Source of the DNA: Candidatus Bathyarchaeota archaeon
Lineage (GTDB): Archaea; Thermoproteota; Bathyarchaeia; Bathyarchaeales; Bathycorpusculaceae
Assembly: GCA_963702095.1 (NCBI GenBank)
Contig: OY969706.1
Coordinates: forward strand, 1,248,001-1,312,000
Length of the DNA stretch: 64,000 nucleotides
Direction of reading: 5' to 3'
Of this stretch, positions 46,910-58,674 are shown piece by piece. The translations under genes and the position numbers were made by a program. Position 1 is the stretch's first letter, and each line of letters starts with the position of its first letter. The notes below the pieces were generated by a model, which made no database searches, was not told the DNA's origin, and saw nothing but the letters and a program-made list of their open reading frames with translations.

Positions 46910-49630
46910 TTGGTTGGAAACACAGGTCTTACAGATAAAAGGAGAAACACAACAAAAATGAAAATATCAGGTAAAATGGCAACTTTTCTATCCGCGATCT
47001 TATTGATTTCAATTGCAGTCTCAACGGTATCACTCGCAGCAAGCCAGGTGACATTCCCACCTGAAACAGAGATTCCAACATATGCAAACATTAACGTAGG
47101 ACCAAATCCAATCGGCGTTGGACAAACAGTTAACGTCAACTACTTCCTAGCAACAGTGCTCGAATCCAGCGAAGGACCAATTAACATGACCGTCATAATT
47201 ACCGATCCAGACGGCGTCACTGACACAAGAAGCAACCTTAAAGGCGACACTACTGGTGGATCATTCTTCAACTATGTTCCAACCAAAGTAGGCAACTATA
47301 CCTTCCAACTCAAATACGGCGGACAAATCACAGGCGCTGGCGGCATGTTCGGTCCAGGCTATTCAGGACTACATGAAATGCCCAGCGAAAGCAAAGTCTA
47401 CACCCTCGTAGTGCAAGAAGAACCGATAACACAAACAGCATGGCCTATCACTCCACTGCCTACAACATACTGGGAAACACCAGTTTCGGCACAGAACGTG
47501 CAGGAATGGTACTCGATTATGGGTCCATGGCTAGGCTTTGGAAGCATCACTTTTGCCTCTACAGGCGCATACAACGCAAGCAGCTTATGCAACCCGTACA
47601 CTCCATCCGTATATGCCGGACACGTCCTCTGGACCAAAACATGGGGTGCAGGCGGTGTAGTCGGCGGCGACGCAGGCGGAACAGAAGACACAGGCAACTA
47701 CTGGTCAACAAGACAATACTGGCCACAATACGCACCAGTCATCATGAACGGAAGAATGTACTCTACATACTACCCAGAAACAACAGGCTACTCAGCAGGC
47801 ATAGTATGCACAGACCTATACTCTGGAAAGACAATATGGACTCTTAACACCACAAGCGTCTTGCGATGCGGAATGGAAACCCAATGGAAGACAGCAAACA
47901 TGTACGGCGTAATCGGACCCTACATCATTACAACTGGCGCTCTTCCAGCAGCAGAAACAGGCGGAATCAAAGTTAACAACGTTGGAACACAATACAACAT
48001 GTATTCAGCAGAAACAGGGCAATATGTCCTCAGCATTGTTAACGGCTCAAGCTTAACATTGAAAGCAGATGCAAATGGAAACCTCATAGGTTACTACCTT
48101 GACAACGCACCCGGAACAAAGTTCACTTATGGTCCAGCAGCCCCATTCGGAGGATCACCAGTTACAGGGAACTTTACCGTCGCTGACGCTAACCACCCAT
48201 ATCTGGCATGTTTCAACCTCTCCATGGCACTCGGTAACGCTTGGGGCTGGTCACCATCACAGAACACCGTGATCGATTTCAAGTCCGGCATAATGTGGGG
48301 CAAAGCAATACCCACTGACATCGCAGGCGCAGCTATCGTCCCAACACTATCCATAGACGGAATCAACCCATTGACCGGCAACGCAGTCATATTGACAGCA
48401 GGATACGTTCACATGCAAGGCGGCGGAGACGAACAAGCAGGATGGCTAGTAACAGCCGCAATGGACGACACCACCGGCGATTTGTTGATGTGCAAGAACT
48501 TTACATTCCCAACATTTCAGTCGTTACTGCCCTTCACCAGAACACAAAGCACCAACGTTGACGGAATAAGGATCATTACCAATGAAGTCAATAACGCAGT
48601 CGATGCGTTCAATGTTCGCACAGGCGAAAAAATGTGGTCAAGCACACTAGAATCTGATTCAGGCAACACCAACGTTTACGACATATTCGGCTACAAAGGC
48701 GCTGGCGCAAACGGCCTCTTCATCGTCTTCGGCTTAGGCGGAGATATGTGGGCATATGACGCCAAAACCGGTACAGAGCTATGGTACACCAACACAACCA
48801 AACTCGTCGGCGACCCAGGCATCGAAACACCCTATAACGTTTGGCCACTATGGGTTTTCAGCCCACAAGCCTTCACAAAAGACGTCGGATACTTCGGTAT
48901 CGGCCACGAATACAACCCACCGCTATTCCACGGCGCACAAATGATCGCAGTAAACTTAACTGACGGCTCACTAGTCTGGAGCGAATTAGGCACCTACATC
49001 CGATCAATAGCAATCGCAAACGGAGTCCTACTATCACAGAACGCATACGACAACCAAATCTACGCATTCGCTAAAGGACCAACCAGTGTTACAGTCAACG
49101 CTCCAAGCGTCGGAGTATCCACAGCCACACCTATAAGAATCACCGGTACAGTCACCGATATTTCAGCAGGCGTATCACAGTCCGAAGTCGCAAAGAACTA
49201 CCCCAACGGTCTACCATGCGTCTCAGATGCAAGCCAAAGCCACTTCATGGAACACGTCTACCAAAACCAACCAATGCCAAACGACATAACAGGCGTACAG
49301 ATCACATTAGCAGTCGTTGACGCAAACGGCAACTACCGCGAAATCGGCACAACAACAAGCAACCCAGACGGCACATTCGGCTACACATGGACACCAGACA
49401 TCGCAGGCGACTACACACTCTACGCAAGCTTCGCAGGCTCCAACTCGTACTGGCCAGCATCATCTTCGACCTCACTCTATGCAGGCGAAGCAGCAACACC
49501 AGCCCCAACAGCAATGACAGCTCAACCAGTCGACAGCACGATGACAATCGTCGGCGTCGGCGTGGCAATCATAGTTGTCGTCCTAATTGTTGGCGCAGTA
49601 ATAGTGATGATGCTAAGAAAACACCCATAA
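46910..49630 (+). CDS. Large PQQ-binding-like beta-propeller surface protein with Ig-like ends and C-terminal TM
   Basis: PNPIGVGQTV, DLYSGKTIW/NVRTGEKMW/DAKTGTELW blades, YDNQIYAFAKGP, GLPCVSDAS, TM + RKHP. Confidence 0.85.
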   Translation: MVGNTGLTDKRRNTTKMKISGKMATFLSAILLISIAVSTVSLAASQVTFPPETEIPTYANINVGPNPIGVGQTVNVNYFLATVLESSEGPINMTVIITDPDGVTDTRSNLKGDTTGGSFFNYVPTKVGNYTFQLKYGGQITGAGGMFGPGYSGLHEMPSESKVYTLVVQEEPITQTAWPITPLPTTYWETPVSAQNVQEWYSIMGPWLGFGSITFASTGAYNASSLCNPYTPSVYAGHVLWTKTWGAGGVVGGDAGGTEDTGNYWSTRQYWPQYAPVIMNGRMYSTYYPETTGYSAGIVCTDLYSGKTIWTLNTTSVLRCGMETQWKTANMYGVIGPYIITTGALPAAETGGIKVNNVGTQYNMYSAETGQYVLSIVNGSSLTLKADANGNLIGYYLDNAPGTKFTYGPAAPFGGSPVTGNFTVADANHPYLACFNLSMALGNAWGWSPSQNTVIDFKSGIMWGKAIPTDIAGAAIVPTLSIDGINPLTGNAVILTAGYVHMQGGGDEQAGWLVTAAMDDTTGDLLMCKNFTFPTFQSLLPFTRTQSTNVDGIRIITNEVNNAVDAFNVRTGEKMWSSTLESDSGNTNVYDIFGYKGAGANGLFIVFGLGGDMWAYDAKTGTELWYTNTTKLVGDPGIETPYNVWPLWVFSPQAFTKDVGYFGIGHEYNPPLFHGAQMIAVNLTDGSLVWSELGTYIRSIAIANGVLLSQNAYDNQIYAFAKGPTSVTVNAPSVGVSTATPIRITGTVTDISAGVSQSEVAKNYPNGLPCVSDASQSHFMEHVYQNQPMPNDITGVQITLAVVDANGNYREIGTTTSNPDGTFGYTWTPDIAGDYTLYASFAGSNSYWPASSSTSLYAGEAATPAPTAMTAQPVDSTMTIVGVGVAIIVVVLIVGAVIVMMLRKHP

Positions 49631-49901
49631 AAAAATAAGGGCGAATATCAATCCCCTTTCCCTTTTTTGTTTTAAAGGCTTGTTAGGAACGTGGCTGAGA
49701 GGGCTCTGGATAAAGTTAACCTAGTAGTAGGGTAGTTGAAGGATGGTTTAGTTGCATTTTCCATTCTTTTCTTCCTTAAACGGGTTCCAGAGCCCCAGCA
49801 AACCCTTATCCAAAGCAACATTTATTCGTTAGAAACCTCAGTACAACACTGTACACACTGCTTGATTAAGGTCAAAGTAAATGTGTTTAGTGGTGAATTG
49901 A

Positions 49902-50321
49902 TTGGCATTTGACGAATCATGTATTTTCTGTAAGATAGCCGCGAAGAAAGCGCCGTCAAGCATAATTTACGAAGACGACGCAGTCTTAGCTTTCCTAGAT
50001 ACTCGACCCTTAAACATGGGACACACACTTGTTACCCCAAAAAACCATTACGTAGACGTCTTTGATATTCCCGAAAAAGCACTCTGTCAAGTTTACCTTG
50101 CAGCCAAAAAAATTTCTGGACCAATAAAAAAAGCCACCTGCGCCCAGGGCATCAGCATTTTCCAGCAGAATGGCACTGCAGCAGGTCAAGACATCTTTCA
50201 TTTGCATGTGCATGTGGTTCCCCGGTTTATGGGGCAGACTTTGCCGCGGTTCAGCGAACTTGAAGAAGCAAAACGCAGCATGCTTGATGAGATGGCGGCG
50301 AAGGTTCGGCTGCAATTCTAA
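49902..50321 (+). CDS. HIT family hydrolase
   Basis: CIFCKI, GHTLV, HLHVHVVPR. Confidence 0.93.
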   Translation: MAFDESCIFCKIAAKKAPSSIIYEDDAVLAFLDTRPLNMGHTLVTPKNHYVDVFDIPEKALCQVYLAAKKISGPIKKATCAQGISIFQQNGTAAGQDIFHLHVHVVPRFMGQTLPRFSELEEAKRSMLDEMAAKVRLQF

Positions 50322-50397
50322 CTCTTTTCAACGTGTTAAGGGTTGATTGATGGAGACGGAGACTCCTCTATGCTAATGGTTGATCTTCTTTTCTGCT

Positions 50398-50646
50398 CTA
50401 AGCGTGTGTTTCCAGTATATGCTGTTCTTCGTCTATCATGACAAATTGTATGTCTTGCTCTGTAGTTTCTGTTTTGACTGTGTTTTTGGCGTTGTGTGGC
50501 TTTGACTGAAGCCTGTACATGGTCCATCCGAACACGAATAAAACGGTGGTTATGGGCAGAAGCAGTATAGCCCTCAATCCAGGTTTCTTTCTCATATAGT
50601 ATGTATGCAGTCTTGACTTATAATAATGTTCCCTTTTTTTATTCAA
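50398..50646 (-). CDS. Small single-TM hypothetical protein
   Basis: LRAILLLPITTVLFVFGWTMY TM followed by hydrophilic tail. Confidence 0.5.
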   Translation of the reverse strand: MNKKREHYYKSRLHTYYMRKKPGLRAILLLPITTVLFVFGWTMYRLQSKPHNAKNTVKTETTEQDIQFVMIDEEQHILETHA

Positions 50647-50733
50647 AAAGAAAAATGAACAAACAATCGGCTTCTTAGCTCCAATGAGCCTTTGAGAGTT
50701 AAAAAATGGGTTTTTTGAAGAGGTTGCTCAGGT

Positions 50734-51174
50734 TTACATTGGTTTTGCTACCTCTTCCATTTTGGGCATTAACACCTTGTCTATGGCGTGGCATACGCCG
50801 TTGTCCACGACTATGTCTGGGTTTGTAATGTTTGCTCCGTTAACCTTCATGTTGCGATGTAGATGCCACCGTTTATTGTCTATGTGGAGTTCTCCGCTGT
50901 TTAGCGCCTGCAAATATTCATGCTGAGCCAAATCTGAAGTCATTAACCTGCCCTCCACCACATGGAAAGTCAAAATATCCCTCAACTTCGCAGTATCTTT
51001 GAGCAGCAATTCCAGCGTTCCCGTTGGAATCTTGGAGAAAGCCAGGTCAGTCGGCGCAAAAACCGTGAATGGACCCGTGCCTTTCAATGTATCCACTAAC
51101 CCTGCTGCTTGAACAGCCTGCACAAGTTTGTTAAACATGCCTGAAGAAACCGCTGTATCAACAATATCTGCCAA
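50734..51174 (-). CDS. Fasciclin (FAS1) domain protein, no signal peptide
   Basis: GPFTVFAPTD..ILTFHVV..NGVCHAIDKVL. Confidence 0.92.
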   Translation of the reverse strand: MADIVDTAVSSGMFNKLVQAVQAAGLVDTLKGTGPFTVFAPTDLAFSKIPTGTLELLLKDTAKLRDILTFHVVEGRLMTSDLAQHEYLQALNSGELHIDNKRWHLHRNMKVNGANITNPDIVVDNGVCHAIDKVLMPKMEEVAKPM

Positions 51175-51256
51175 AAGATTTTCACCTCCCGCAATTCAGA
51201 AATTAGAAGTTACATTACAATATTGAGGGATAAAACGTAGATAAACTTTGCCTAAA

Positions 51257-51745
51257 CTATGGCTGCATGGTTTTAAATCGCCAATACGCTCTGTAAGGTG
51301 CTTCCTGCCCCATCTGCCAAAACGCCGCGGACAATTCACCGTAGTGAACCATATCCTCCATGACCATGTGGGTCAAGCATGCTTCCACTGGCAGAGTTGT
51401 GTACTGTTTGTTCCATGGCAAAATTATTTGGCGGTTCAACTCTTGCTCAGATAGGTCTAAGAGGTATTTGTCGGTATTCTGATGGGTTACCCGCATATAC
51501 CCATCCAATTCGTCCATGTTCGTGAAGACGTTGAAGGCTGGGTCCACCCATTCGCTAAAGCGCCCCACTAAAATGAAGCTTATCCAGCGGTCCTCCACAA
51601 GCGTAAGATGTACAAACACGTCACGCATAGAATCAAAACTCAAGCCCCTGGGTGCCACTACTTCTTCCCATGGCAGCTTCGACATCGCCTCTAAGTAGGA
51701 TTCGCGGACCACATGGTTGTAATGAATTAAATCGGTGACTTGCAT
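51257..51745 (-). CDS. DinB family protein
   Basis: SMRDVFVH..HMVMEDMVHYGEL. Confidence 0.85.
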   Translation of the reverse strand: MQVTDLIHYNHVVRESYLEAMSKLPWEEVVAPRGLSFDSMRDVFVHLTLVEDRWISFILVGRFSEWVDPAFNVFTNMDELDGYMRVTHQNTDKYLLDLSEQELNRQIILPWNKQYTTLPVEACLTHMVMEDMVHYGELSAAFWQMGQEAPYRAYWRFKTMQP

Positions 51746-51867
51746 AAGTCAGCCTATCTTTTAATTTTTATATTAAAGTTTGGTTGAAAAGGACGCTTGT
51801 TGGAAGTGGTAAGGGCTTTTTAGGTTAATTTAGCCTTCTATAGCTGATGTTGATGTGCGATTGGTTG

Positions 51868-52047
51868 TTTTTTCTCTTTATGCGGGTGTGGCGGTTTGTG
51901 GGGTGCCACAAGACGGCAACTGAGGGCGGTTGCTTTTTTTGGAGGCTTTGCGTTTCGGCGTCTGTTTCGGTGTGGGAAAGCTAATTTCTTCCACATGCGG
52001 TACATGGCTCCATGCAGAAGCGGACGCGTGTGGATGTGGAAGCATGT
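51868..52047 (-). repeat. Dispersed intergenic repeat family 1
   Basis: rc aligns full length with 62114-62293 and 8055-8229; hairpins CTTCCACAT/ATGTGGAAG, GCAAC/GTTGC, TGTGGC/GCCACA. Confidence 0.85.
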
Positions 52048-52137
52048 ATCCTCTATTTTGCGGGAATCAACCACTTTTAATCCATTGACATGGAAAAAAC
52101 AGGTCCGCGCGGGCCTATCTGAACAAAAATTTTTTAA

Positions 52138-52590
52138 ATGATCAGCAAGTTAGTGGTAACCAGCATTTTAGGAGAGGAAAAAACCTTGGACATTGCATCC
52201 TTGCTGATAGGACTCATAATCAACGTTATCTTCTGGATTATCGCGGTGGCTCCGGCACTCTGGATTTCAGGCAGGCTTTTAGCGGGCAAACATAACGCAA
52301 GATTTACCGACGCACTCTGGATAGTCTTAATTGGAACGGTTGTTTTCTATTTCTTCAACTACTTCGTGGGAAGCTTCTTCGAAAGCGGCATCATATGGAC
52401 TTTGCTGTCTTACTTTATTCTGCTGGTGATATGGCTGGCTTTAGTTAAGCATTTCTTTGACTGTGGCTGGCTCAAAGCATTAGTGATAAGCATCATAGCA
52501 ATAATAATCGCAGTAATAATTTGGGTAATTATCTTGTTTATACTGGGATTGATTGGATTGAGCTTAAGCGGGCTCCCCAACCTAATGTAG
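52138..52590 (+). CDS. Four-TM hypothetical membrane protein
   Basis: Hydrophobic ORF, VKHFFDCGWLKA motif. Confidence 0.7.
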   Translation: MISKLVVTSILGEEKTLDIASLLIGLIINVIFWIIAVAPALWISGRLLAGKHNARFTDALWIVLIGTVVFYFFNYFVGSFFESGIIWTLLSYFILLVIWLALVKHFFDCGWLKALVISIIAIIIAVIIWVIILFILGLIGLSLSGLPNLM

Positions 52591-52775
52591 ATGATGAATT
52601 ACCTCTAACCCAACTTTTTTATTTCCAGATAAATGAAAACGAAGCCGCATAATTGCATTGCAAAATAAAACAAACGTCTTGCTTTGCCTTCAGTTATTTT
52701 GCATAGAAACGCCCTGCATGCACATGAGGGATGTTTAGAAAAAAAACAAAAAAAGAAAAGAAAGGATTGTTTGAT

Positions 52776-54740
52776 TTACTGTTTCTTTTCTAGTTGTTTG
52801 CGTAGATCGCTGTATGTGGCTTTGATGTCTTCGATTGAGCCTTCGTCTTCGATGGTTGATGTGTCGCCTAGTGGTGCGCCGGTTAGGACTGCTTTGAGGA
52901 GTCTGCGCATGATTTTGCCGCTTCGGGTCTTAGGTAGCTTGGCAACGATTATGACAGCATCTGGAGTTGCGATTGGACCGATTGTTGTTCGAACATGTTT
53001 AGTAAGTTCTGCTCGAAGTTCATCGGAGGGTGTGAATCCACTGCGCAAAACTACGAATGCCACTGGGACTTCGCCTTTAACTGCGTCTTCTTTGCCCATG
53101 ACTGCTGCTTCGCTGACTGCTGGGTGAGAGACTAATGCGCTTTCAAGTTCGACTGTGCCAATTCTGTGTCCAGCTACTTTTAGAACTTCGTCTGCTCTGC
53201 CAAGTAACCAGAAGTATCCGTCAGGATCTCGTATAGCGTAGTCGCCAACATAGTAGATTCCGGCCCATTTGCCGAAGTAGGTTTGCTTGAAACGGTCAGG
53301 GTCTTTCCAGATGGTTTGTAACATTCCCGGCCATGGAGATTTTACCACTAAGTAGCCTTTGGTTCCTTGTGGTACTGATTTACCTGTCTCGTCGACGATG
53401 TCAGCGTTGACTCCTGGTAGAGCAAGAGTGGCGGAACCTGGTTTTAATGGTGTGAGTTCTATGCCTGCCGCTGGGGAAATCATAAATCCGCCGGTCTCTG
53501 TTTGCCACCATGTGTCGATGATTGGTAGGCGTTCTTTGCCGATTACGCGGTAGTACCATTTCCATGCTTCGGGGTTTATTGCTTCGCCGACTGAACCGAG
53601 TTCGCGTAATGTGGACAGATCATGTTTGTTGACCCATTCTTCACCGAACTTCATGAACATACGAACTGCGGTTGGTGTGCCGTAGAGTATGCTTACGCCA
53701 TGGTTTTCGATCATTTGCCACCAGCGATCCTGTGCTGGATAGTCCGGAGTGCCCTCGAAGAGGAACGCGGTTATGCCGTGGCTAAGTGGTGCATAGACAT
53801 TGTAGGTGTGCCCTGTAATCCAACCGATGTCTGCAACACACCAGTAAATGTCTTCGTCTGTTGGGTTGAACGCCCACTTAAGAGTCCAGTAAGCCCAAAC
53901 TAGGTATCCGCCTGTGCCGTGTTGGACACCTTTTGGTTTGCCGGTTGTTCCTGACGTATAGAGAATGAAGAGTGGGTCGGTTGATTTCATGCTTTCTGGT
54001 TCGACATATGCGTTAGCGCCTGCTGCTGTCAATGCATCATGATACCAGACGTCTCTGCCTTCTTGCATTTGGATCGCTTGGCCTGTGCGTTTGACAACGA
54101 TGACTTTCTCGATGTTTGGCATTAGTGATGATGCACGATCAGCATTGTCTTTGATTCCGACTGGTTTGCCGCGGCGGAAAGAACCGTCTGCTGTGATTAG
54201 AATTTTTGCTCCAGAGTCGTTTACTCTGTCGGCTAATGCTTCAGCGCTGAATCCTGAAAACACTACTGTGTGAACTCCACCGATTCTTGCTGTTGCCAGC
54301 AAAGAGATGGGCAATTCAGGGATAACAGGCAGAAACACTGCTACGCGGTCGCCTTTTTTGACGCCATAGTCTTTTAGGACTTTGGCAAGTTTGTTTACTT
54401 CGCGGTAAAGCTGGTAGTAAGTGTATGTTTTGACTTCGCCCATTTCGCCTTCCCAAATGTATGCAAGCTTGTTTTTGCGGTTGCCCTTAACATGCCTGTC
54501 AAGAGCGTTGTAGGATATGTTTAGTTCGCCATCGGGGAACCATTTGAAAAAGGGCGGGTTAGAATCATCCAGCACTTGGGTTGGGGACTTAAACCAGTCG
54601 ATCGCTTTTGCTTTTTCAGCCCAAAATTCTTGGGGATTTTTAATTGAATTCTCCCATATTTGTTTTCGGATTTCTCCTGAAGAAATTTTTGCAATACTGG
54701 GAGAATATCTTTCGTTGAATGGTAGACTTGCTTCAGACAT
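52776..54740 (-). CDS. acs: Acetyl-CoA synthetase (AMP-forming)
   Basis: YTSGTTGKPKG, DTWWQTETG, PKTRSGKIMRR. Confidence 0.96.
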   Translation of the reverse strand: MSEASLPFNERYSPSIAKISSGEIRKQIWENSIKNPQEFWAEKAKAIDWFKSPTQVLDDSNPPFFKWFPDGELNISYNALDRHVKGNRKNKLAYIWEGEMGEVKTYTYYQLYREVNKLAKVLKDYGVKKGDRVAVFLPVIPELPISLLATARIGGVHTVVFSGFSAEALADRVNDSGAKILITADGSFRRGKPVGIKDNADRASSLMPNIEKVIVVKRTGQAIQMQEGRDVWYHDALTAAGANAYVEPESMKSTDPLFILYTSGTTGKPKGVQHGTGGYLVWAYWTLKWAFNPTDEDIYWCVADIGWITGHTYNVYAPLSHGITAFLFEGTPDYPAQDRWWQMIENHGVSILYGTPTAVRMFMKFGEEWVNKHDLSTLRELGSVGEAINPEAWKWYYRVIGKERLPIIDTWWQTETGGFMISPAAGIELTPLKPGSATLALPGVNADIVDETGKSVPQGTKGYLVVKSPWPGMLQTIWKDPDRFKQTYFGKWAGIYYVGDYAIRDPDGYFWLLGRADEVLKVAGHRIGTVELESALVSHPAVSEAAVMGKEDAVKGEVPVAFVVLRSGFTPSDELRAELTKHVRTTIGPIATPDAVIIVAKLPKTRSGKIMRRLLKAVLTGAPLGDTSTIEDEGSIEDIKATYSDLRKQLEKKQ

Positions 54741-55078
54741 ATTCTCAGCCTAAACGCTGGACATTAAAGCCCCAACTCTTTATAAGTTTTTTTAAAAATA
54801 TTTATAGAATTGAAAAAGGAATATTTCAGTTTTAACTAGGCAGCAAATTAAGGCAGAATATTTGGATGGAGCAAAAATATGGGTTACAACTTATTGCCAA
54901 CTGCGCCGTATCTGCCTAAAGAAGGGAAGTACAGAACTGCTTCGAATATTAACATTCTAGCGTCAAAGATTCCATATTCCGCAAAAAAAATACGTATATC
55001 GCATTCCGCCATTACTAACAAATGACAAAAACGTGGAGTAAACAACGTATTAAGAAGAAAAAAAGAAAAAGATTTTTT

Positions 55079-55666
55079 TTAACTTGTTGGGAAAATAGGC
55101 AAAACTGTTCGTCCATTTGCTTCATTTAGGACTTCCGCTATACCAAGGTAGACAGCGCTGGAGCCGCAGATAACGCCTTCGATGCCTGTGATCGTGTTGA
55201 ACCAGACGGGGTTTCCCATCAATTCTCTTGTCATGAGCATAAAGAACAGAATGAACAAGGTTCCAAAGACGAGTTGTAGTGCACGATTGGTTTTTAGTGT
55301 GCCAAAGAACAGCCCTAATGTGAAGAGTCCCCACATGAAGAAATAAGCAGCCATGGCGGTGTTGTCAGCTGCCGCAACGTTGGTGAAGAAGGTTGTGCCG
55401 GGTAGCAGAATCAATGCAACCAGTGACCACCAGAAGAGGCCGTAGGAGGTGAATGCAACGGTGCCGAATGTGTTGCCTTTTCTGAATTCCATGATGCCGA
55501 CTATTATTTGTGCGAGTCCACCGTAGGCTAAGCCCATAGCAAGAATCATGCTGTTTAAGCCGAAGATGCCAGCGTTGTGCAGGTTAAGCAGAACAGTTGT
55601 TAAGCCGAAGCCTAAGAGTCCGAGGGGCGCGGGATTTGCCAATTTAGTTACGAGGTTATTACTCAT
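55079..55666 (-). CDS. satP: Acetate uptake transporter (SatP/GPR1/FUN34/YaaH)
   Basis: [32 protein letters not shown]; upstream of acs. Confidence 0.92.
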   Translation of the reverse strand: MSNNLVTKLANPAPLGLLGFGLTTVLLNLHNAGIFGLNSMILAMGLAYGGLAQIIVGIMEFRKGNTFGTVAFTSYGLFWWSLVALILLPGTTFFTNVAAADNTAMAAYFFMWGLFTLGLFFGTLKTNRALQLVFGTLFILFFMLMTRELMGNPVWFNTITGIEGVICGSSAVYLGIAEVLNEANGRTVLPIFPTS

Positions 55667-55730
55667 TTTAAATTTTCTCCATTTAGCTCAACCTCATTTA
55701 GCTAATTTCTTTTAAAGCTTTGCGCCTAAC

Positions 55731-58483
55731 TCAACGCTTTCCCTTCCGTGAAGTAAGCCATTTGCCGACTTCTATGCCTGTGAAAACTAGGGCGGCGTAG
55801 AGAGCAGCGACACCCCAATCGATGAGTTCAGGAGTATGCACATCAAATAGTGACTGCAAGCCCGGCACATAGAGTACGATTAACTGTAAAGCGAATGATG
55901 AGAGCACTGCTATCCATAGGAACTTGTTCTTGAATGGCCCAACTTTGAGGATGGGGTATTTGAAGGACCGCGCCGATATGGCTATCGTTAATTCTATCAT
56001 AACCATGGCGGTGAAGAGTTGTGTTCGCGCTTCGAGCAGCTGGAACTCGCTTTCCCATGGCAGATGCGAGAAGAATGCAAGTAGCAGCATAATGCTTGTG
56101 ATAATAGGTACCACTGTCAAGTAGACTTTGACGTCTCGGGTGAATACGCTTTCGTTTGGTTTGCGGGGTTTGCGCTCCATCAAGTCTGGGTCTCCGGGGT
56201 CTACGCCTAACGCGATGGCGGGTAACCCGTCTGTGACGAGGTTAATCCACAGTATCTGCACCGCTGTTAAAGCGATAGCTGCGCTGCTGACCATCTCCAC
56301 ATCTGAACCAGGGGAGAGCCAGGCAGCAAGCGTGGGTACACTGACAACGGCGATGAACATGACTAGAATTTCCATTATGTTGCATTGGAGGAGGTATGTT
56401 AGGTATTTCTTGATGTTGTCGTAGATTTCTCTGCCTTCGCGAACCGCTTTAACGATGCTGGCAAAGTTGTCGTCTGCTAACACCATGTCAGCGGCTTCTT
56501 TGGTGACTTCGGTGCCTGAGATGCCCATGGCGATGCCGATGTCACTCATTTTCAGTGCGGGAGCATCGTTGACGCCGTCTCCGGTCATGGCAACGACCTG
56601 CTGCTTTTTCTTCCAAGCAGTTACAATGCGGGATTTATGTTCAGGCGCAACACGTGCGTAGATAACTACGTTTTCAACGACTGCTTCGAGTTGTTCAGTA
56701 GTCATGTTTTCAAGGTCTTCGCCTGTTAGCACCTGCCCCTCTTCGACGTTTTCGCCGATGAGGGTGAGTTCTTTTGCGACGGCTGTAGCGGTTAATTTGT
56801 GGTCGCCGGTTATCATAACGACGCGGATGCCGGCTCTGCGGCAAATTCCAATGGCGTCTTTGACTTCTTGGCGTGGCGGATCAATCATGCTCATGATGCC
56901 GACGAAGACAAAGCCGTGTTCAAACTCTTCAGTGAATTCTTCTAAGCCCTCAGGTAATTCTTTGTATGCAAATCCGAGGTTGCGAAGCGCCAGTTTAGCC
57001 ATATCCTCTGTGACTTGGCAATGTTCTTTGGCGGTCTTTTCAGTTAAGGGTTGGACTTTACCGTCTAGGAGGATACTGCTGCATTTTTCTAAGACGATTT
57101 CTGGGGCTCCCTTCATGTAGGCTACGCGTTTGTTGCCGACTGCATGTATCGTTGTCATGCGTTTGCGTTCTGAGGAGAAGGGGACTTCGGCGATGCGTTC
57201 TTCTTGGCGGTCGAGGGCGGCTTTTTTGATGCCTGCTTTTTCGGCGACAACAACTAAGGCGCCTTCTGTGGGGTCGCCTTTAACTGTCCACTTGTTGTTT
57301 TTGGGGTCTCTCTCAAGGGCAGAGTCATTGCATAACACACTGATTTTTAACAGGTTCTTTAGGCTGTCATGAGGGGTGTATTCTTTTTCGTCTAGGCGGA
57401 ATTCTCCTTTGGGTTCATAGCCTATGCCTGTGACTTTAACGGATTTGCCGTCCACGTAGATGCGTTGGACTGTCATTTCGCCTTTGGTGAGGGTGCCTGT
57501 TTTGTCGCTGCAGATTACGCTGGTGCTGCCAAGGGTTTCCACTGCTGGGAGCCGTTTGACGATGCTGTTGACTTTTGCCATGCGGTACATGCCGATGGCT
57601 AGTGCGCCTGTTATGATGGCGGGCAATGCTTCGGGGACAGCTGCAACTGCGAGGCTGACTGCCCAAAGAATCATGTCAACGACGGGGCGCTGCTCAACAA
57701 CTATACCGACAACGGCAACGCTTACGGCGATTATTACGGCTAGAATGCCTATCCATTTGCCGACGCTGCCCATGCGTTTCTCCAGCGGCGTCTGCTCTTG
57801 AGGTGCCGATTGAACCATCTGGGCGATTCTGCCGAACTCCGTTGTCATACCGGTGTTGGTGACTATTGCTTGCCCCTGCCATAGACAACGACGGTTCCAG
57901 AGAAAACCATGTTGCTTCGGTCGTTTAGCTGGGTATGTTCAGGTAAGGCTGCTGCGGATTTATCGACAGGCGCGGATTCGCCGGTTAGGGCTGCTTCGTC
58001 GGTTTTCATAGTAAATACTTCTAGGAGCCTTGCATCAGCGGGGATTCGGTCACCAGTATAGAGAAGGATGATGTCTCCGGGAACAAGGTCTTTGGCAGGG
58101 ATTTTTGTTTCTTCGCCATCACGGATTACAATTGCTGTGGGTGCAGCCATTTTTTTGAGGGCTTCAACTGCTTTTTCACTGCGGTATTCCTGGGTGAACC
58201 CCAAGATTGCGCTGGCGATGACGATGGCTAAGATGATTAGGGCATCGGTTACTTCATGGACCGCGAAGGACAGCGCAATGGCGAAAAGCAGGATAATCAT
58301 GAGTACGTTTGTGAATTGGCCCAGAAATAGCCTCCAGGCGGGTTTGCCTTTTTCTTTTTTAAGTTCGTTTGGACCGTACACTGTTAGGCGTTGCTTTACG
58401 TCTTCTGCTGTTAAGCCGTTGTCGGTTACTTTGAGTTGAGCCATTGCTTCTTGCTGTGTTTGGCTATGCCAGGGTTTCACCAA
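55731..58483 (-). CDS. Type II (Ca2+-like) P-type ATPase, one frameshift at 57870
   Basis: TGES, PEAL, DKTGTLT, TGDGVND; one extra A restores GRGKAIVTNTGMTT. Confidence 0.92.
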
Positions 58484-58674
58484 ATTTTCCCTTACTCCCT
58501 GTTATACGCTCAGCTACAAAGTATATAGGTTTTTAGATTTTTCATTTGTTATTAGAAAAAAAGTTGTGTTTAATTCATAAAAAAGGCAAATAAGTTATTT
58601 TTTCGGTTAAGCTGATAAAAATTGAAGCAGAGTCCATCAACTTCAGACTCTTAGTGCACTGCCCATGGAAAACA

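Noticed and set aside
57860-57880. Split P-type ATPase
   Set aside because: One missing A restores GRGKAIV and both halves are otherwise intact; likely assembly error.
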